A stretch of DNA of 64,000 nt. It comes from Prevotella sp. (lineage in GTDB: Bacteria; Bacteroidota; Bacteroidia; Bacteroidales; Bacteroidaceae). The notes under the pieces were generated by a model. The model was not told the origin of the DNA. It did no database searches and worked only from the letters and a program-made list of their open reading frames with translations. This document shows positions 38,922 to 49,769 of this stretch, in pieces. The first letter of the stretch is position 1, and the number at the start of each line of letters is the position of its first letter. The DNA is taken from contig JAEEPF010000001.1 in assembly GCA_016284635.1 (NCBI GenBank), positions 10,041 to 74,040 on the forward strand, given 5' to 3'. Made by a program: the position numbers and the translations under genes.

Positions 38922-39018
38922 AGCAAGACGTACGTTATGTCAATAATTTTCACAACAAATAAACTAATTCTTACAAGAATCTTATATATCTGACAATCAG
39001 GCGATTATGAAGACCTAG

Positions 39019-39093
39019 AGTTTGCAGTAAGGAAAGCGGAAGTTTGCAGTAAGGAAAGTCACAGTTTAAAGTAAGGAAAGTCCCAGTTTACTG
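39019..39093 (+). repeat. 22-bp period direct repeats (about 3.4 copies), iteron-like
   Basis: agtttgcagtaaggaaagcgga / agtttgcagtaaggaaagtcac / agtttaaagtaaggaaagtccc / agtttactg. Confidence 0.8.
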
Positions 39094-39336
39094 CCTTGTT
39101 TCTGCGAGAGAGGAGGAAGTGTGAATATTTTGTAAAGATATTTACCACCCGTAGATTTCACAGATTACACAGATTCTTCGGCACACAGCTATGGTTTTTA
39201 TGACGATTCAGCACAGAAAAAGGCGTAAAATCAGGGCGTTTTGAGATCATTTTCATTGAATAAGGGCGGAAATTGCTTGCAGATTTCAGGGAAAATGATT
39301 AACTTTGCGGTCGAAACTTAAAACAAACCAGCAGTT

Positions 39337-41013
39337 ATGAAAAGAACGATGATGACTTTGGCCGTATGCTGTAGTTTGGCAGCAGCAATGGCGCAAAACA
39401 AACAGACTGGCAACGAGAAGTCTGGAATGACTTATCAGGTGCCCGTATCGGAGCAGCACGAGCAGATGCTGACAGGCAGGTATGAACCCACTTGGCAGTC
39501 TTTGGAGACGCACCAAACGCCTGAATGGTTCCGAGATGCGAAGTTCGGCATCTGGGCACATTGGGGACCGCAATGCGTGGAGGGCTCAGGCGACTGGATG
39601 GCCCGAGGGATGTATATCGAGGGCAACAGGCAGTATAAGTATCATGTGGAGCACTACGGCCATCCGTCGGAGTTCGGATTCAAGGACATCCTGCCGCTCT
39701 TCAAGGCAGAAAAGTGGGATCCGGAGGCGCTGGTAGAGCGCTACAAGCGTTGTGGAGCGAAGTATTTCTTCGTGCTGGGCAACCACCACGATAACTACGA
39801 CCTGTGGGACTCGAAGTACCAGCCTTGGAACTCGCAGAACATCGGCCCCAAGAAAGATATCCTCGACGGCTGGGCGAAGGCTGCGAAGAAGGCCGGACTG
39901 CCGTTAGGCATCTCGTTCCATGCAGACCACGCATGGCTCTGGTATGAGACCGCCCAGCGCTACGACCAGAACGGTCCCAAGGCAGGCGTCTACTACGACG
40001 GCAAGCTGACGAAGGAAGACGGCAAAGGCAAGTGGTGGGAAGGCTACGACCCGCAGATGCTCTATCGGCAGAACCATCCGCAGAGCGACCGCTCGTGGTC
40101 GAACGTGGCCATCCATCACCAATGGGGCTGGGAGAACGGCGCCTGTCCGCCGTCTGAGGAGTTCGTCACCAACTTCTACGACCGCACCCTCAATGCCATC
40201 AACCGCTACAACCCTGATTTGATTTATTTCGACGTAACCGTGCTGCCCTTCTATCCGCTGAGCGACTGCGGCATGAAGATCGCCACACATCTTTATAATA
40301 AGAACGCGCGCGGCGTGGTGTTCGGCAAGATCCTGAACGACAAGCAGAAGAAGGCACTCACTTGGGATGTGGAGCGCGGCGCCCCCAATGCCATCATGCC
40401 CGACCCTTGGCAGACGTGCAACTGCATCGGCGATTGGCACTACAACACCAGCGTCTACGAGCGCGGCTACCGTACGGCTGAGAATCTGGTGAAGCAGTTG
40501 GTGGACATCGTGTCAAAGAATGGCAACCTACTGCTGAACATCCCGTTGCGAGCCGATGGTACTTACGACGAGAAGGCCGCTCAGTTCCTCGACGAGTTGG
40601 AGGCGTGGATGACGCCCAACGGCGAAAGCATCTTCGGCACCCGTCCGTGGGTGAAGTTCGGCGAGGGGCCTGTGGCTGAAAAGACGATTGAAATCAACGC
40701 CCAGGGCTTCAACGAGGGGCAGTACAACGGGATGGACTATCGCGACATCCGATTCAACCAGACAAAAAAATATCTCTATGCGACGGCAATGGGCTGGCCG
40801 CCTTCTACCCCTCCTACGGGAAAAGAAAAGGGAGGTCGCACACTCGTCATCAAGTCGCTGGCGAAAGGAAGTCCCGACTTCCGCAAGTCCATCTCTTCGG
40901 TATATCTTTTGGGCTACGGCAAGATAAAAGCCCGTCAGACTGCCGACGGGCTTGTGGTAGATTTGCCTGAGCCTTGCAACAAGATTGCCCCTGTGTTGAG
41001 GATCAAACGATAA
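39337..41013 (+). CDS. GH29 alpha-L-fucosidase
   Basis: YEPTWQSL...PEWFRDAKFGIWAHWGPQ, NHHDNYDLWDSK, LIYFD, DVERG, DIVSKNGNLLLNIP; -7 box TAACTTTG at 39300. Confidence 0.9.
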   Translation: MKRTMMTLAVCCSLAAAMAQNKQTGNEKSGMTYQVPVSEQHEQMLTGRYEPTWQSLETHQTPEWFRDAKFGIWAHWGPQCVEGSGDWMARGMYIEGNRQYKYHVEHYGHPSEFGFKDILPLFKAEKWDPEALVERYKRCGAKYFFVLGNHHDNYDLWDSKYQPWNSQNIGPKKDILDGWAKAAKKAGLPLGISFHADHAWLWYETAQRYDQNGPKAGVYYDGKLTKEDGKGKWWEGYDPQMLYRQNHPQSDRSWSNVAIHHQWGWENGACPPSEEFVTNFYDRTLNAINRYNPDLIYFDVTVLPFYPLSDCGMKIATHLYNKNARGVVFGKILNDKQKKALTWDVERGAPNAIMPDPWQTCNCIGDWHYNTSVYERGYRTAENLVKQLVDIVSKNGNLLLNIPLRADGTYDEKAAQFLDELEAWMTPNGESIFGTRPWVKFGEGPVAEKTIEINAQGFNEGQYNGMDYRDIRFNQTKKYLYATAMGWPPSTPPTGKEKGGRTLVIKSLAKGSPDFRKSISSVYLLGYGKIKARQTADGLVVDLPEPCNKIAPVLRIKR

Positions 41014-41056
41014 ATTCTCACAAAAGGGACAGTCCCCGTTGTGAGATTATGTGAGA

Positions 41057-42604
41057 TTAGTCTTCAACGATGCGGATGCGGCCTTGTGGCTGGGCGTAGG
41101 CCTCGCCTGTGGTGCCGCCGAGGGCATTGCGGAGATAGTCTGACAGCGCCTCGTAGTAACGCAGGGTGCTCTCTTCGAGCACAACACACTTCTTGAAACA
41201 GTCGAAGAAACCACCTGCATCGTGGTTGTAGCTCGTGAGGGCAACGCTGTATGTGCGCTGCATGTCGATGGGCTGGTATGTGCCATCCTCCTGCAGGATC
41301 TCGATGTCGCTGACGGTGTGGCTCTTGCTGTGGACGGTGAAGCGGAGGCCAGAGCACTGCGGGAAGTTGCCGTCGAGCACGGGCACGAGAGCCGTACAGC
41401 GGGTGAGCATTGCCTGCAGCTGTTCGGCAGTGACCATGATACGACGAAGGGTGTTGTCATAAGGCAGCATGCCGATGACGTCGCCGTAGGTGATGTCGCC
41501 AGCCATGATGTCATTGCGGATGCCACCGCCGTTCTCAAAGCCGATGTCGGCCTTCATGGCATAACGGTAGGCGTCGGCCACAAGGTCGCCAGCGTTTGTC
41601 TCCTGTCCACGCACGATCCAGCGGGCATTCTCATCGCTCACCACCAGACGATAGTCGCTGTGGGCGATGACCTCTGAAGTGACGGTCTTCACCATCTGGC
41701 GGATGCTGTCGACGGTGGCTGTGACTGCGGCATTCTCATAGGGGATGTCCTTAGCCTTGATGAGGTGCGTCGTCAGACGTCCGTCAGGCGTGATGAGCAG
41801 CTTGCCCACGTTGGCGAACTGAGTACCCGTCTGCGTGACGGCAATATCCTTGCCGTCGAGGTTCTTGACCATTACACCCTCGAAAATCTCATGCGAATGA
41901 CCGTCGAGCACGACATCGATGCCACGCGTGTTCTTCACCAAACGGTGCGAACTGAATCCCATCGACTGGGGCGTCTCACCCACATGCGAGAGCAGCACGA
42001 CATAGTCGGCACCCTCCTTACGGGCAGCATCGACGGCCTGCTGGATGAGATCGTAGAAAGTCTTCGGCCTCAGGTCGTAGAGCATGATGCCGTTGGTGTC
42101 ATAGAACGAGTAGCCCTCGAGGATCATTGTCTCAGGCGTGCAGGCTCCGACGAAGGCCACCTTCTTGTCGCCATACTGATGGATGACGTAGGGGGCGTAG
42201 ACGGGATTGGGCTCGCCTGCCTCGTAGAAGTTGGCACAGACAACGGGAGTACCTATCTGCTCAAGCAATGCCCTCATGCGTGGCACACCGTAGTCGAACT
42301 CGTGGTTGCCCAACGTCAGAGCGTGATAGTCCATGAGGCGCATGATGTCGGCGATGTACTGGCCTTTGGAGATAGCGCCTGTGGTGTTGCCCTGCAGGAA
42401 GTCGCCCACGCAGACAGCAGCAGCATAGGCCGTATCCGTGCGGTTGATGGCATCGCGCAGTCCGGCCATCTTCGTATAGCCGTCGATGCCGCAATGCACG
42501 TCGTTCTCGTAAAGGATCACAATGCTCTTGGCTTTAGGTTGAGCCGTCACCGTATGACAACCCATCATCAGGGCCATCACACCAAGTAAGATTTTCTTCA
42601 TCAT
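41057..42604 (-). CDS. Bifunctional metallophosphatase / 5'-nucleotidase
   Basis: NDVH, GDFLQG, GNHEFDYG, LSHVG, DGHSH, NGGGIR. Confidence 0.92.
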   Translation of the reverse strand: MMKKILLGVMALMMGCHTVTAQPKAKSIVILYENDVHCGIDGYTKMAGLRDAINRTDTAYAAAVCVGDFLQGNTTGAISKGQYIADIMRLMDYHALTLGNHEFDYGVPRMRALLEQIGTPVVCANFYEAGEPNPVYAPYVIHQYGDKKVAFVGACTPETMILEGYSFYDTNGIMLYDLRPKTFYDLIQQAVDAARKEGADYVVLLSHVGETPQSMGFSSHRLVKNTRGIDVVLDGHSHEIFEGVMVKNLDGKDIAVTQTGTQFANVGKLLITPDGRLTTHLIKAKDIPYENAAVTATVDSIRQMVKTVTSEVIAHSDYRLVVSDENARWIVRGQETNAGDLVADAYRYAMKADIGFENGGGIRNDIMAGDITYGDVIGMLPYDNTLRRIMVTAEQLQAMLTRCTALVPVLDGNFPQCSGLRFTVHSKSHTVSDIEILQEDGTYQPIDMQRTYSVALTSYNHDAGGFFDCFKKCVVLEESTLRYYEALSDYLRNALGGTTGEAYAQPQGRIRIVED

Positions 42605-42780
42605 GGGTTATACATATCTTTACAATAATAGTTAAGGATATCGTCGAGCATACGCTTGGCTTCGACAGCAGGACTGTCGGGGTCGAGGTCGATGGCCTGG
42701 ATGTAGTAGTTGATGGCCTCATGCCACTGACCACGCTTGCGGGCCGCATTGCCTAATTCGTAATACTCCTGAGCTGTCAT
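42601..42780 (-). CDS. Small TPR protein
   Basis: YYELGNAARKRGQWHEAINYYIQAIDLDPDSPA single TPR; ends KDMYNP; ATGA-coupled to the nucleotidase. Confidence 0.8.
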   Translation of the reverse strand: MTAQEYYELGNAARKRGQWHEAINYYIQAIDLDPDSPAVEAKRMLDDILNYYCKDMYNP

Positions 42781-42869
42781 ATTTCTCTTTTGCAACGGAC
42801 TAAAGGACTTAAGGACTTTTTTCTTGCGACAGCGTAAGTCGTGTCAGTCCTGTTGTCCGTTGCTCATAA

Positions 42870-43748
42870 TTATTTGTAATACTCTTTTTTGCCGGCGGCG
42901 AGGGTATTCTTCATCAGCGAACAGATGGTCATCGGCCCTACCCCACCAGGAACAGGCGTGATGAAGGAGCACTTGGGAGCCACCTCGTCGAACTTCACGT
43001 CGCCATTCAGGCGGAAACCGCTCTTACGGGTGGCATCAGGCACACGAGTAGTACCTACATCGACGATCACAGCACCCTCCTTCACCATATCAGCCGTCAC
43101 AAAGTCGGGCTGTCCGATGGCGGCGATGATGATATCAGCCTCACGACATTCCTCCTTCAAAGTCTTTGAGTGTGAGTGACATACGGTCACGGTGGCATCG
43201 CCAAACTGCTTCTGCATCATGAGCTGGGCCATCGGCTTACCCACGATGTTCGAGCGTCCAAGGATGACGCACTTCTTACCGCTGGTCTCAATGTTGTAGC
43301 GCTTCAGCAGCGTGATGATGCCGAGAGGCGTAGCCGAGATGAAGCAAGGCAGACCGATAGCCATACGGCCCACATTGATGGGATGGAAGCCGTCTACATC
43401 CTTGCGGTAGTCGATGGCCTCGATGATCTTCTGTTCGTCGATATGCTTGGGCAGAGGGAGCTGCACGATGAAGCCGTCAATATCGTCGTCGTTATTGAGC
43501 AAGTTGACACACCTCAGAAGATCGACCTCTGGGACATCTTCCTCAAAGCGGATAAGTGTGCTCTTGAATCCACAGGCCTCACAAGCCAGCACCTTGTTCT
43601 TCACATACGTCTCCGAGCCACCATCGTGACCTACCAACACGGCTGCCAGATGGGGCTGTTTGCCGCCACGAGCCACAATCTCTTTTACTTCCTCTGCAAT
43701 CTCAGCCTTGATGGCTGCTGCTGTTGCTTTTCCGTCAATTAGTTGCAT
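42870..43748 (-). CDS. folD: Methylenetetrahydrofolate dehydrogenase/cyclohydrolase (start revised to 43748)
   Basis: [38 protein letters not shown]. Confidence 0.96.
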   Translation of the reverse strand: MQLIDGKATAAAIKAEIAEEVKEIVARGGKQPHLAAVLVGHDGGSETYVKNKVLACEACGFKSTLIRFEEDVPEVDLLRCVNLLNNDDDIDGFIVQLPLPKHIDEQKIIEAIDYRKDVDGFHPINVGRMAIGLPCFISATPLGIITLLKRYNIETSGKKCVILGRSNIVGKPMAQLMMQKQFGDATVTVCHSHSKTLKEECREADIIIAAIGQPDFVTADMVKEGAVIVDVGTTRVPDATRKSGFRLNGDVKFDEVAPKCSFITPVPGGVGPMTICSLMKNTLAAGKKEYYK

Positions 43749-43763
43749 CTTTTTGTTTATTTT

Positions 43764-43846
43764 GGCACGGATTACACGGATTAACACTGCTCCTTATTAT
43801 GTGCAACAGCCGTGTCTTTATTTATAAAGCCGTGTTAATCTGTGCC
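43764..43846. repeat. About 85-bp MITE/REP-like element with GGCACGGATT 9-mer arms, copy 1
   Basis: Near-identical to 56616-56699; related inverted copy at 54606-54687. Confidence 0.85.
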
Positions 43847-43857
43847 TTATTATTATT

Positions 43858-45225
43858 CTAAAACTTGGGCATACCGCCACCCTTCATGGCCTTCATGGCG
43901 TTAGCCATCTGGGCCATCTTCGAAGAACCCATACCAGAGACCATCCGCATCATCTTGCGCGTCTGGTCAAACTGCTTCATCAGACGGTTCACATCGTCAA
44001 GCTTGGTACCAGAACCGGCTGCGATACGACGGCGACGGCTCTGATTGATGATATCGGGATTCTGGCGCTCCCTCGGCGTCATCGAGTTGATGATGGCCTC
44101 GATGCCCTTGAAGGCGTCGTCATCGATGTCGAGATCCTTGATCTGCTTGCCCACACCAGGAATCATCGCAGCCAGGTCCTTGATGTTACCCATCTTCTTG
44201 ATCTGCTGAATCTGTCCCATGAAGTCGTCGAAGTCGAACTTGTTCTTACGGATCTTCTTCTCAAGTCGCTTGGCCTCCTCCTCGTCGAACTGCTGCTGGG
44301 CACGCTCCACCAGAGAGACGATATCACCCATGCCGAGGATACGGTCGGCCATACGGTCGGGATGGAACACGTCAATAGCCTCCATCTTCTCGCCCGTACC
44401 GACGAACTTGATGGGTTTCGTGACTACCGTGCGGATACTCAAGGCAGCACCACCACGAGTATCACCGTCGAGCTTCGTCAGCACCACACCGTCGAAGTCG
44501 AGGCGATCGTTGAACTCCTTGGCGGTATTCACGGCATCCTGACCCGTCATCGAGTCAACCACGAAGAGCGTTTCATTGGGATTGACGGCCTTCTTCAGCG
44601 TCTCGATCTCCTGCATCATCTCCTCATCGACGGCCAGACGACCGGCGGTATCGATGATGACTACATCGTTGGCCTTAGCCTTTGCTTCCTGAATAGCGTG
44701 GTTGGCAATCTCCACCACATTCTTGTTGTCGGGCTCCGTATGGACGGGCACACCAACGCTTTGTCCGACGACCTTCAACTGCTCGATGGCAGCAGGACGA
44801 TACACGTCGCAGGCCACCAAGAGAGGCTTCTTGTGATTGCGCGTCTTCAACAGGTTGGCAAGCTTACCACTGAACGTGGTCTTACCCGAACCCTGAAGAC
44901 CAGACATCAGGATGATGGCAGGTGCTCCAGCGCGACCTTCGACCTTCAGCTCGGAAGCGGTTCCACCCATCAGATCGGCCAGCTCGTCGTGCACAATCTT
45001 CACCATCAACTGACTGGGCTTCACGGCGGTGAGCACGTTCTGACCCAAGGCCTTCTGCTTCACGGTATCGGTGAACTGCTTGGCCACCTTATAGTTCACG
45101 TCGGCGTCGAGCAATGCACGGCGCACGTCCTTCATGGTCTCAGCGACATTGATCTCGGTGATCTTTCCCTCACCTTTCAATATCTTGAACGATCGTTCTA
45201 ATCTCTCACTTAAATTCTCAAACAT
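43858..45225 (-). CDS. ffh: Signal recognition particle protein Ffh
   Basis: MFENLSERL, GLQGSGKTT, DTAGR, TKLDG, M-domain SMT..ER.NP. Confidence 0.97.
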   Translation of the reverse strand: MFENLSERLERSFKILKGEGKITEINVAETMKDVRRALLDADVNYKVAKQFTDTVKQKALGQNVLTAVKPSQLMVKIVHDELADLMGGTASELKVEGRAGAPAIILMSGLQGSGKTTFSGKLANLLKTRNHKKPLLVACDVYRPAAIEQLKVVGQSVGVPVHTEPDNKNVVEIANHAIQEAKAKANDVVIIDTAGRLAVDEEMMQEIETLKKAVNPNETLFVVDSMTGQDAVNTAKEFNDRLDFDGVVLTKLDGDTRGGAALSIRTVVTKPIKFVGTGEKMEAIDVFHPDRMADRILGMGDIVSLVERAQQQFDEEEAKRLEKKIRKNKFDFDDFMGQIQQIKKMGNIKDLAAMIPGVGKQIKDLDIDDDAFKGIEAIINSMTPRERQNPDIINQSRRRRIAAGSGTKLDDVNRLMKQFDQTRKMMRMVSGMGSSKMAQMANAMKAMKGGGMPKF

Positions 45226-45243
45226 CCTTACCAAAATATTTAT

Positions 45244-45341
45244 ACGACAACTTAGACAACATAGACAACTTTTTAGACGGCATGCCGTCTTTGGCGGCAG
45301 TTGGCCGCCATAAATGTTGTCTTAGTTGTCAAAGTTGTCGT
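45244..45341. repeat. Inverted pair of 9-mer arrays (GACAAC..)x3 enclosing two small hairpins
   Basis: acgacaacttagacaacatagacaac / gttgtcttagttgtcaaagttgtcgt; inner agacggcatgccgtct and tggcggc..gccgcca. Confidence 0.8.
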
Positions 45342-45365
45342 CATATAAAAAACTTTGTCGTTGTA

Positions 45366-47093
45366 TTAAATCACTTCGTAGCCGAACTTCTCGCAGAGGG
45401 CAAGACTCATCTCCTTCAGCTTGAACTTCTGGATCTTGCCGGAACCCGTCAGCGGGAACTGGTCGATGAAGAACACGTACTTTGGAATCTTATAACGGGC
45501 GATCTTACCACGACAGAATTCCTGCACGTCCTCGGGCTCCATCTTCACACCCTCCTCGAGGATGATGAAGGCACCCACAGCCTCACCGTATTTCTTAGAA
45601 GGAACGGCAGCCACCTGGACATCACGGATGCCAGGCATGTGATAGAGGAACTCCTCAATCTCACGGGGATAGATGTTCTCACCGCCTCGGATGATCATAT
45701 CCTTGATACGGCCCGTGATCTTATAGAAGCCTTCTTCATCTTTCACACCCAGGTCGCCAGAGTGCAGATAGCCGTTCTTGTCGATGACCTCAGCCGTAGC
45801 TTCAGGATTCTTATAATAACCCTTCATCACGTTGAAGCCCTTACAGCACATCTCACCCTGCACGCCGACGGGACACTCCTCGCCAGTCTCAGGATTGAGC
45901 ACCTTCACATCGACAAACGGGAAGTCGCGGCCTACGGTGGTGCAGCGCTGTTCGAAAGTGTCGTTCAGACAGGTCTGCGTCATACCAGGCGAAGACTCCG
46001 TCAGACCGTACACACTCGTGATGGTCATATACATTTTCTCGCTGACCTGCTTCATCAGTTCCACAGGACAGAGCGAGCCGGCCATGATACCTGTACGCAG
46101 ACAAGTCAAGTCGAACATCGAGAACATCGGGTGGTTCAGTTCGGCGATAAACATCGTCGGCACACCATAGACCGCCGTACATCTTTCTTTATGGATAGAC
46201 GCCAACACCACTAAGGGGTCGAACTTCTCGACCATCACCTCAGTACAGCCATGCGTCAGACAGTTCATCGTGGCGAGCACCACACCGAAGCAATGGAACA
46301 ACGGCACACAGACACAGAGTTTGTCATCGGCCGTGAAGCCCATATTCTCTCCCGTGAAGTAACCGTCGTTGGCAATACCGTAGTGAGTCAGCATCACACC
46401 CTTCGGGAAGCCCGTCGTACCTGAGGTGTACTGCATGTTACAGACATCGTAGCAGGTCACCTTGCTCTTCATCTCCTCCAGGGTCTCATCCTCCACGTTC
46501 TGTCCCAACAACAGCAATTCTGCCGTATTGAACATTCCGCGATACTTCTCCATACCGATGAACACCACGTTCTTCATATAGGGGAAGCGCTCGCTGTTCA
46601 GATGACCGCGCTCGCAGGTCTTCAGCTCGGGCAACATCGTGTAGGTCATATCCACATAGTTACAGTCCCAAGTACCGTCGGTGATACAAAGGGTATGCAT
46701 GTCAGAGTCCTTACAGAGATACTCCAGCTCATTCTGCTTGTAGTTCGTATTCACCGTCACTAAGACAGCGCCAATCTTCGCAGTAGCATAGAGGAACGTC
46801 AGCCAATCGGGCACGTTCGTAGCCCAGATACCCACATTCGATCCACGCTCCACACCGATGGCGATCAGACCTTTGGCGAGGTTATCCACACGCTCGTTGA
46901 ACTTACTCCAGGTGAAGCGGAGGTCGCGGTCCGAATACACGATATATTCCTTATCAGGTGTGGTCTCTGCCCAGTGTTCCAGCCACTGGCCGAGGGTACG
47001 CTCATGAAGTGTATAGCCTTCGCTACCTGTCTCAGCAGGGTAAGTCCTGTCTGGCAGAGGCCTGCCTGCCATATCTAATTTCACGTTGCTCAT
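45366..47093 (-). CDS. AMP-binding acyl-CoA synthetase
   Basis: [48 protein letters not shown]. Confidence 0.92.
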   Translation of the reverse strand: MSNVKLDMAGRPLPDRTYPAETGSEGYTLHERTLGQWLEHWAETTPDKEYIVYSDRDLRFTWSKFNERVDNLAKGLIAIGVERGSNVGIWATNVPDWLTFLYATAKIGAVLVTVNTNYKQNELEYLCKDSDMHTLCITDGTWDCNYVDMTYTMLPELKTCERGHLNSERFPYMKNVVFIGMEKYRGMFNTAELLLLGQNVEDETLEEMKSKVTCYDVCNMQYTSGTTGFPKGVMLTHYGIANDGYFTGENMGFTADDKLCVCVPLFHCFGVVLATMNCLTHGCTEVMVEKFDPLVVLASIHKERCTAVYGVPTMFIAELNHPMFSMFDLTCLRTGIMAGSLCPVELMKQVSEKMYMTITSVYGLTESSPGMTQTCLNDTFEQRCTTVGRDFPFVDVKVLNPETGEECPVGVQGEMCCKGFNVMKGYYKNPEATAEVIDKNGYLHSGDLGVKDEEGFYKITGRIKDMIIRGGENIYPREIEEFLYHMPGIRDVQVAAVPSKKYGEAVGAFIILEEGVKMEPEDVQEFCRGKIARYKIPKYVFFIDQFPLTGSGKIQKFKLKEMSLALCEKFGYEVI

Positions 47094-47095
47094 AA

Positions 47096-47680
47096 TCAGA
47101 AGGGGATGTAAATAAGTGCGAGAATCTTGGCAGACTTACCAGGGGCACCGTGCAGATGGTGCTTGACGATGGAATCATAGTAGATTGAGTCGCCTTCTTT
47201 AAGCGTATATTTCTCCTTACCATATTCCACTTCCACTTCACCCTGCATCACATAGATGAACTCCTCACCCTCGTGGGCAGAGAGTTTATAGTTCTGATTT
47301 TCTTCTGGATTGATGTCGATGATGAACGGTTCCATATGACGGCCGGCCTTCTGCTGGGCCAACGGATGATACTCCATGTGCTTGCGGGCATCGGTGGCAC
47401 CGTTGGAGAAGCTGATGCTGCTGTCTTTCTCACGGTCCTCAGCACGACAGACCACAGGACCCAGTGCGTCGTTATCGTCCATAAATGTTCCCAGTCGCAC
47501 ACCCAGTGCTCTGGCTATCTTGATCAGCGGACCTAATGATGGCAGGTTCTGGTCGTTCTCAATGCTGTTGATCTGCTCTACTGACAGACCTGTGCTCTCG
47601 GCTACCTCTTCGATGCTGAGGTTTTTCGTCTCTCTGAGTCCCTTGATTTTGGAACCGACGTAAGTGTTAGTGTTGGACAT
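47096..47680 (-). CDS. XRE-family HTH + cupin transcriptional regulator
   Basis: [20 protein letters not shown]; HEGEEFIYV...[10 protein letters not shown] cupin. Confidence 0.9.
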   Translation of the reverse strand: MSNTNTYVGSKIKGLRETKNLSIEEVAESTGLSVEQINSIENDQNLPSLGPLIKIARALGVRLGTFMDDNDALGPVVCRAEDREKDSSISFSNGATDARKHMEYHPLAQQKAGRHMEPFIIDINPEENQNYKLSAHEGEEFIYVMQGEVEVEYGKEKYTLKEGDSIYYDSIVKHHLHGAPGKSAKILALIYIPF

Positions 47681-47844
47681 AAATCTCAATTAATTAAGTA
47701 CATTATTTATTTTAGGGCGCAAAATTACAACAAAAAAACGAAACTCGCAAACTTTAGCCTCAGATTTCACAGATTTTCACTGATTATCTGATGAGGGTCT
47801 GCGACGAAGTTTTCCTTCTTTCACTTTTTCATCTTTTCACCTTC

Positions 47845-48450
47845 TTACCTTTTCGAATACTCGCAGCCGCAGTATTGCTGGTTATAGAAGTCAAATTCTT
47901 TCAATAGCTGATTACGACGTTCATAGAGTCCGCCCTTCCGCCAATTCTGTGCCCAAAATGTAACAGAATCACACAAAGGGGACAGTCCCTTTTGTGAGAT
48001 TCCATTGACAGTCTGCTCAGCCTGATGGCCGGCACGTTCTATCTGTTCCAAGCTTTTCCAACGTGAGGATGCCAGCGTGGTAGTGAAATATCTGATGCCG
48101 AGTTCTTTTGCTTTTCTGGCAGCTACGGTCAGACGAAGCGTAAAGCAAAGTTCACAGCGATGGCCTCGTTCTGGTTCTCCTTCAAGCCCACAGACGTCTT
48201 GCCGCCAATGCTCGTGGTCGTAGTCTCCATCGATCCAAGTGAGTCCGAGACTCTCTGCATGACGCTTGCTCTCATTCTTGCGAATCTCATATTCCTCAAG
48301 AGGATAGATATTCGGATTGTAATAGAATATGACAGGACGGATATCATGCTGCACCAGCCACTCGACAATCGCCGAGGAGCATGGAGCACAACAAGCATGC
48401 AACAAAACCTCTCTGCACCCATCTGGAACAATAATCGCAGGTTTCTTCAT
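47845..48450 (-). CDS. queH: Epoxyqueuosine reductase QueH
   Basis: LLHACCAPCS, YNPNIYP..EY..R, EPERG.RC..C, QQYCGCEYS. Confidence 0.92.
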   Translation of the reverse strand: MKKPAIIVPDGCREVLLHACCAPCSSAIVEWLVQHDIRPVIFYYNPNIYPLEEYEIRKNESKRHAESLGLTWIDGDYDHEHWRQDVCGLEGEPERGHRCELCFTLRLTVAARKAKELGIRYFTTTLASSRWKSLEQIERAGHQAEQTVNGISQKGLSPLCDSVTFWAQNWRKGGLYERRNQLLKEFDFYNQQYCGCEYSKR

Positions 48451-48599
48451 CTTCTTATTTATAAAAAGCTGGCTTTTGCCGACTTTTCGACTGCAAAGTT
48501 AATCATTTTTCTCTATATGAGTGTTAATCTTCCCAAAAAACATGTCTATTCCATGATTATTTCGTATCTTTGTCAAATGAATGCAACTAAAAACTTCAC

Positions 48600-49739
48600 A
48601 TGATGAATCTGAATCTGACAGCTACCATCAAAATGCCTGACCATCAGTTAAGGCGACAGGTCATTGACCTCTGTAACAAAACAGGCAAGCCTCTGTTGAA
48701 ACTATCCACCAAGGATTACATCGACAACGGACTGGGACATCTCGTTGAACAATTCAACGGACAAGCCGGTCTGGTGAACATCGAAGTGTTCAATGAACTG
48801 CAGCACACCATCACCGGATGGCCTGGCGGCAAGCCTGACGTAGACGACTCTACCCGTCCTGAACGGGCCAAGCCCTACCCCAAGCGTGTCATCGTCTTCT
48901 CCCCCCACCCCGACGATGATGTCATCTCGATGGGAGGCACCATCCGACGGCTGATACAACAGAAGCACGACGTGCATGTGGCCTATGAGACATCGGGGAA
49001 TATCGCTGTTGCAGATGAAGAGGTGCGGCTTTATATGCACTTCATCAACGGCTTCAACAAACTCTTCGCCAATGGCTCCGACGAGGTCATCAAAATCCGC
49101 TATCGTGAAATCATGAGTTACCTGAAAGAGAAGAAAGAGGGGGATTGGGACAATAAGGCCATCCTCACCGTGAAGGGACTGATTCGTCGCGGCGAGGCCC
49201 GCAATGCCTGTGGCTATAACCGTATTCCAAAGGATCATATCCACTTCCTCGACTTGCCGTTCTATGAGAGTGGTAAGATTGAGAAACTACCTATGACGGA
49301 ACGCGATGTTGAGCCTATCATGCAGTTGTTGGAGGAGATACAGCCGCATCAGGTTTATGTTGCTGCTGATCTCGCCGATCCACATGGCACCCATCGTAAG
49401 TGTACAGATGCCGTATTCGCAGCTATCGACGAGGAGAAGAAAGCTGGCGCCGAATGGTTGAAGGACTGTCGTGTGTGGATGTATCGCGGTGCCTGGGCCG
49501 AATGGGATGTGGCCGACATTGAGATGTGTGTGCCGATGAGTCCTGAGGAACTGCGAGAGAAGCGAAACGCCATCCTCAGGCATCAGAGTCAGATGGAGGG
49601 AGCCCCCTTCCTCGGCAACGACGATCGTCTGTTCTGGCAGCGTGCCGAAGACCGTAACCGTGAGACTGCCAAGCGTTACGACGCACTTGGACTGGCCTGC
49701 TATGAGGCGATGGAAGCATTTGTGGAATACCACTTTTAA
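48600..49739 (+). CDS. PIG-L-family deacetylase-like protein equal to the C-terminal half of the long Bacteroidales NagB
   Basis: HTITGWPGGKP..DDS.RPERA.P.PKRV..FSPHPDDDVISMGG, DPHGTH, D.RLFWQRAE.RN; lacks the N-terminal deaminase domain. Confidence 0.8.
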   Translation: MMNLNLTATIKMPDHQLRRQVIDLCNKTGKPLLKLSTKDYIDNGLGHLVEQFNGQAGLVNIEVFNELQHTITGWPGGKPDVDDSTRPERAKPYPKRVIVFSPHPDDDVISMGGTIRRLIQQKHDVHVAYETSGNIAVADEEVRLYMHFINGFNKLFANGSDEVIKIRYREIMSYLKEKKEGDWDNKAILTVKGLIRRGEARNACGYNRIPKDHIHFLDLPFYESGKIEKLPMTERDVEPIMQLLEEIQPHQVYVAADLADPHGTHRKCTDAVFAAIDEEKKAGAEWLKDCRVWMYRGAWAEWDVADIEMCVPMSPEELREKRNAILRHQSQMEGAPFLGNDDRLFWQRAEDRNRETAKRYDALGLACYEAMEAFVEYHF

Positions 49740-49769
49740 TTAGGAATTAGGAATTAGAAATTAGGAATT

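Noticed and set aside
38802-38993. 63-aa ORF within the palindrome
   Set aside because: TTG start, low-complexity translation of repeat arms; unlikely coding
39019-39093. Possible mini-CRISPR array
   Set aside because: 22-bp period leaves no real spacers; no cas genes or leader
43750-45365. SRP RNA or tRNA near ffh
   Set aside because: The flanking hairpins are repeat elements; no SRP domain IV motif or tRNA cloverleaf recognised
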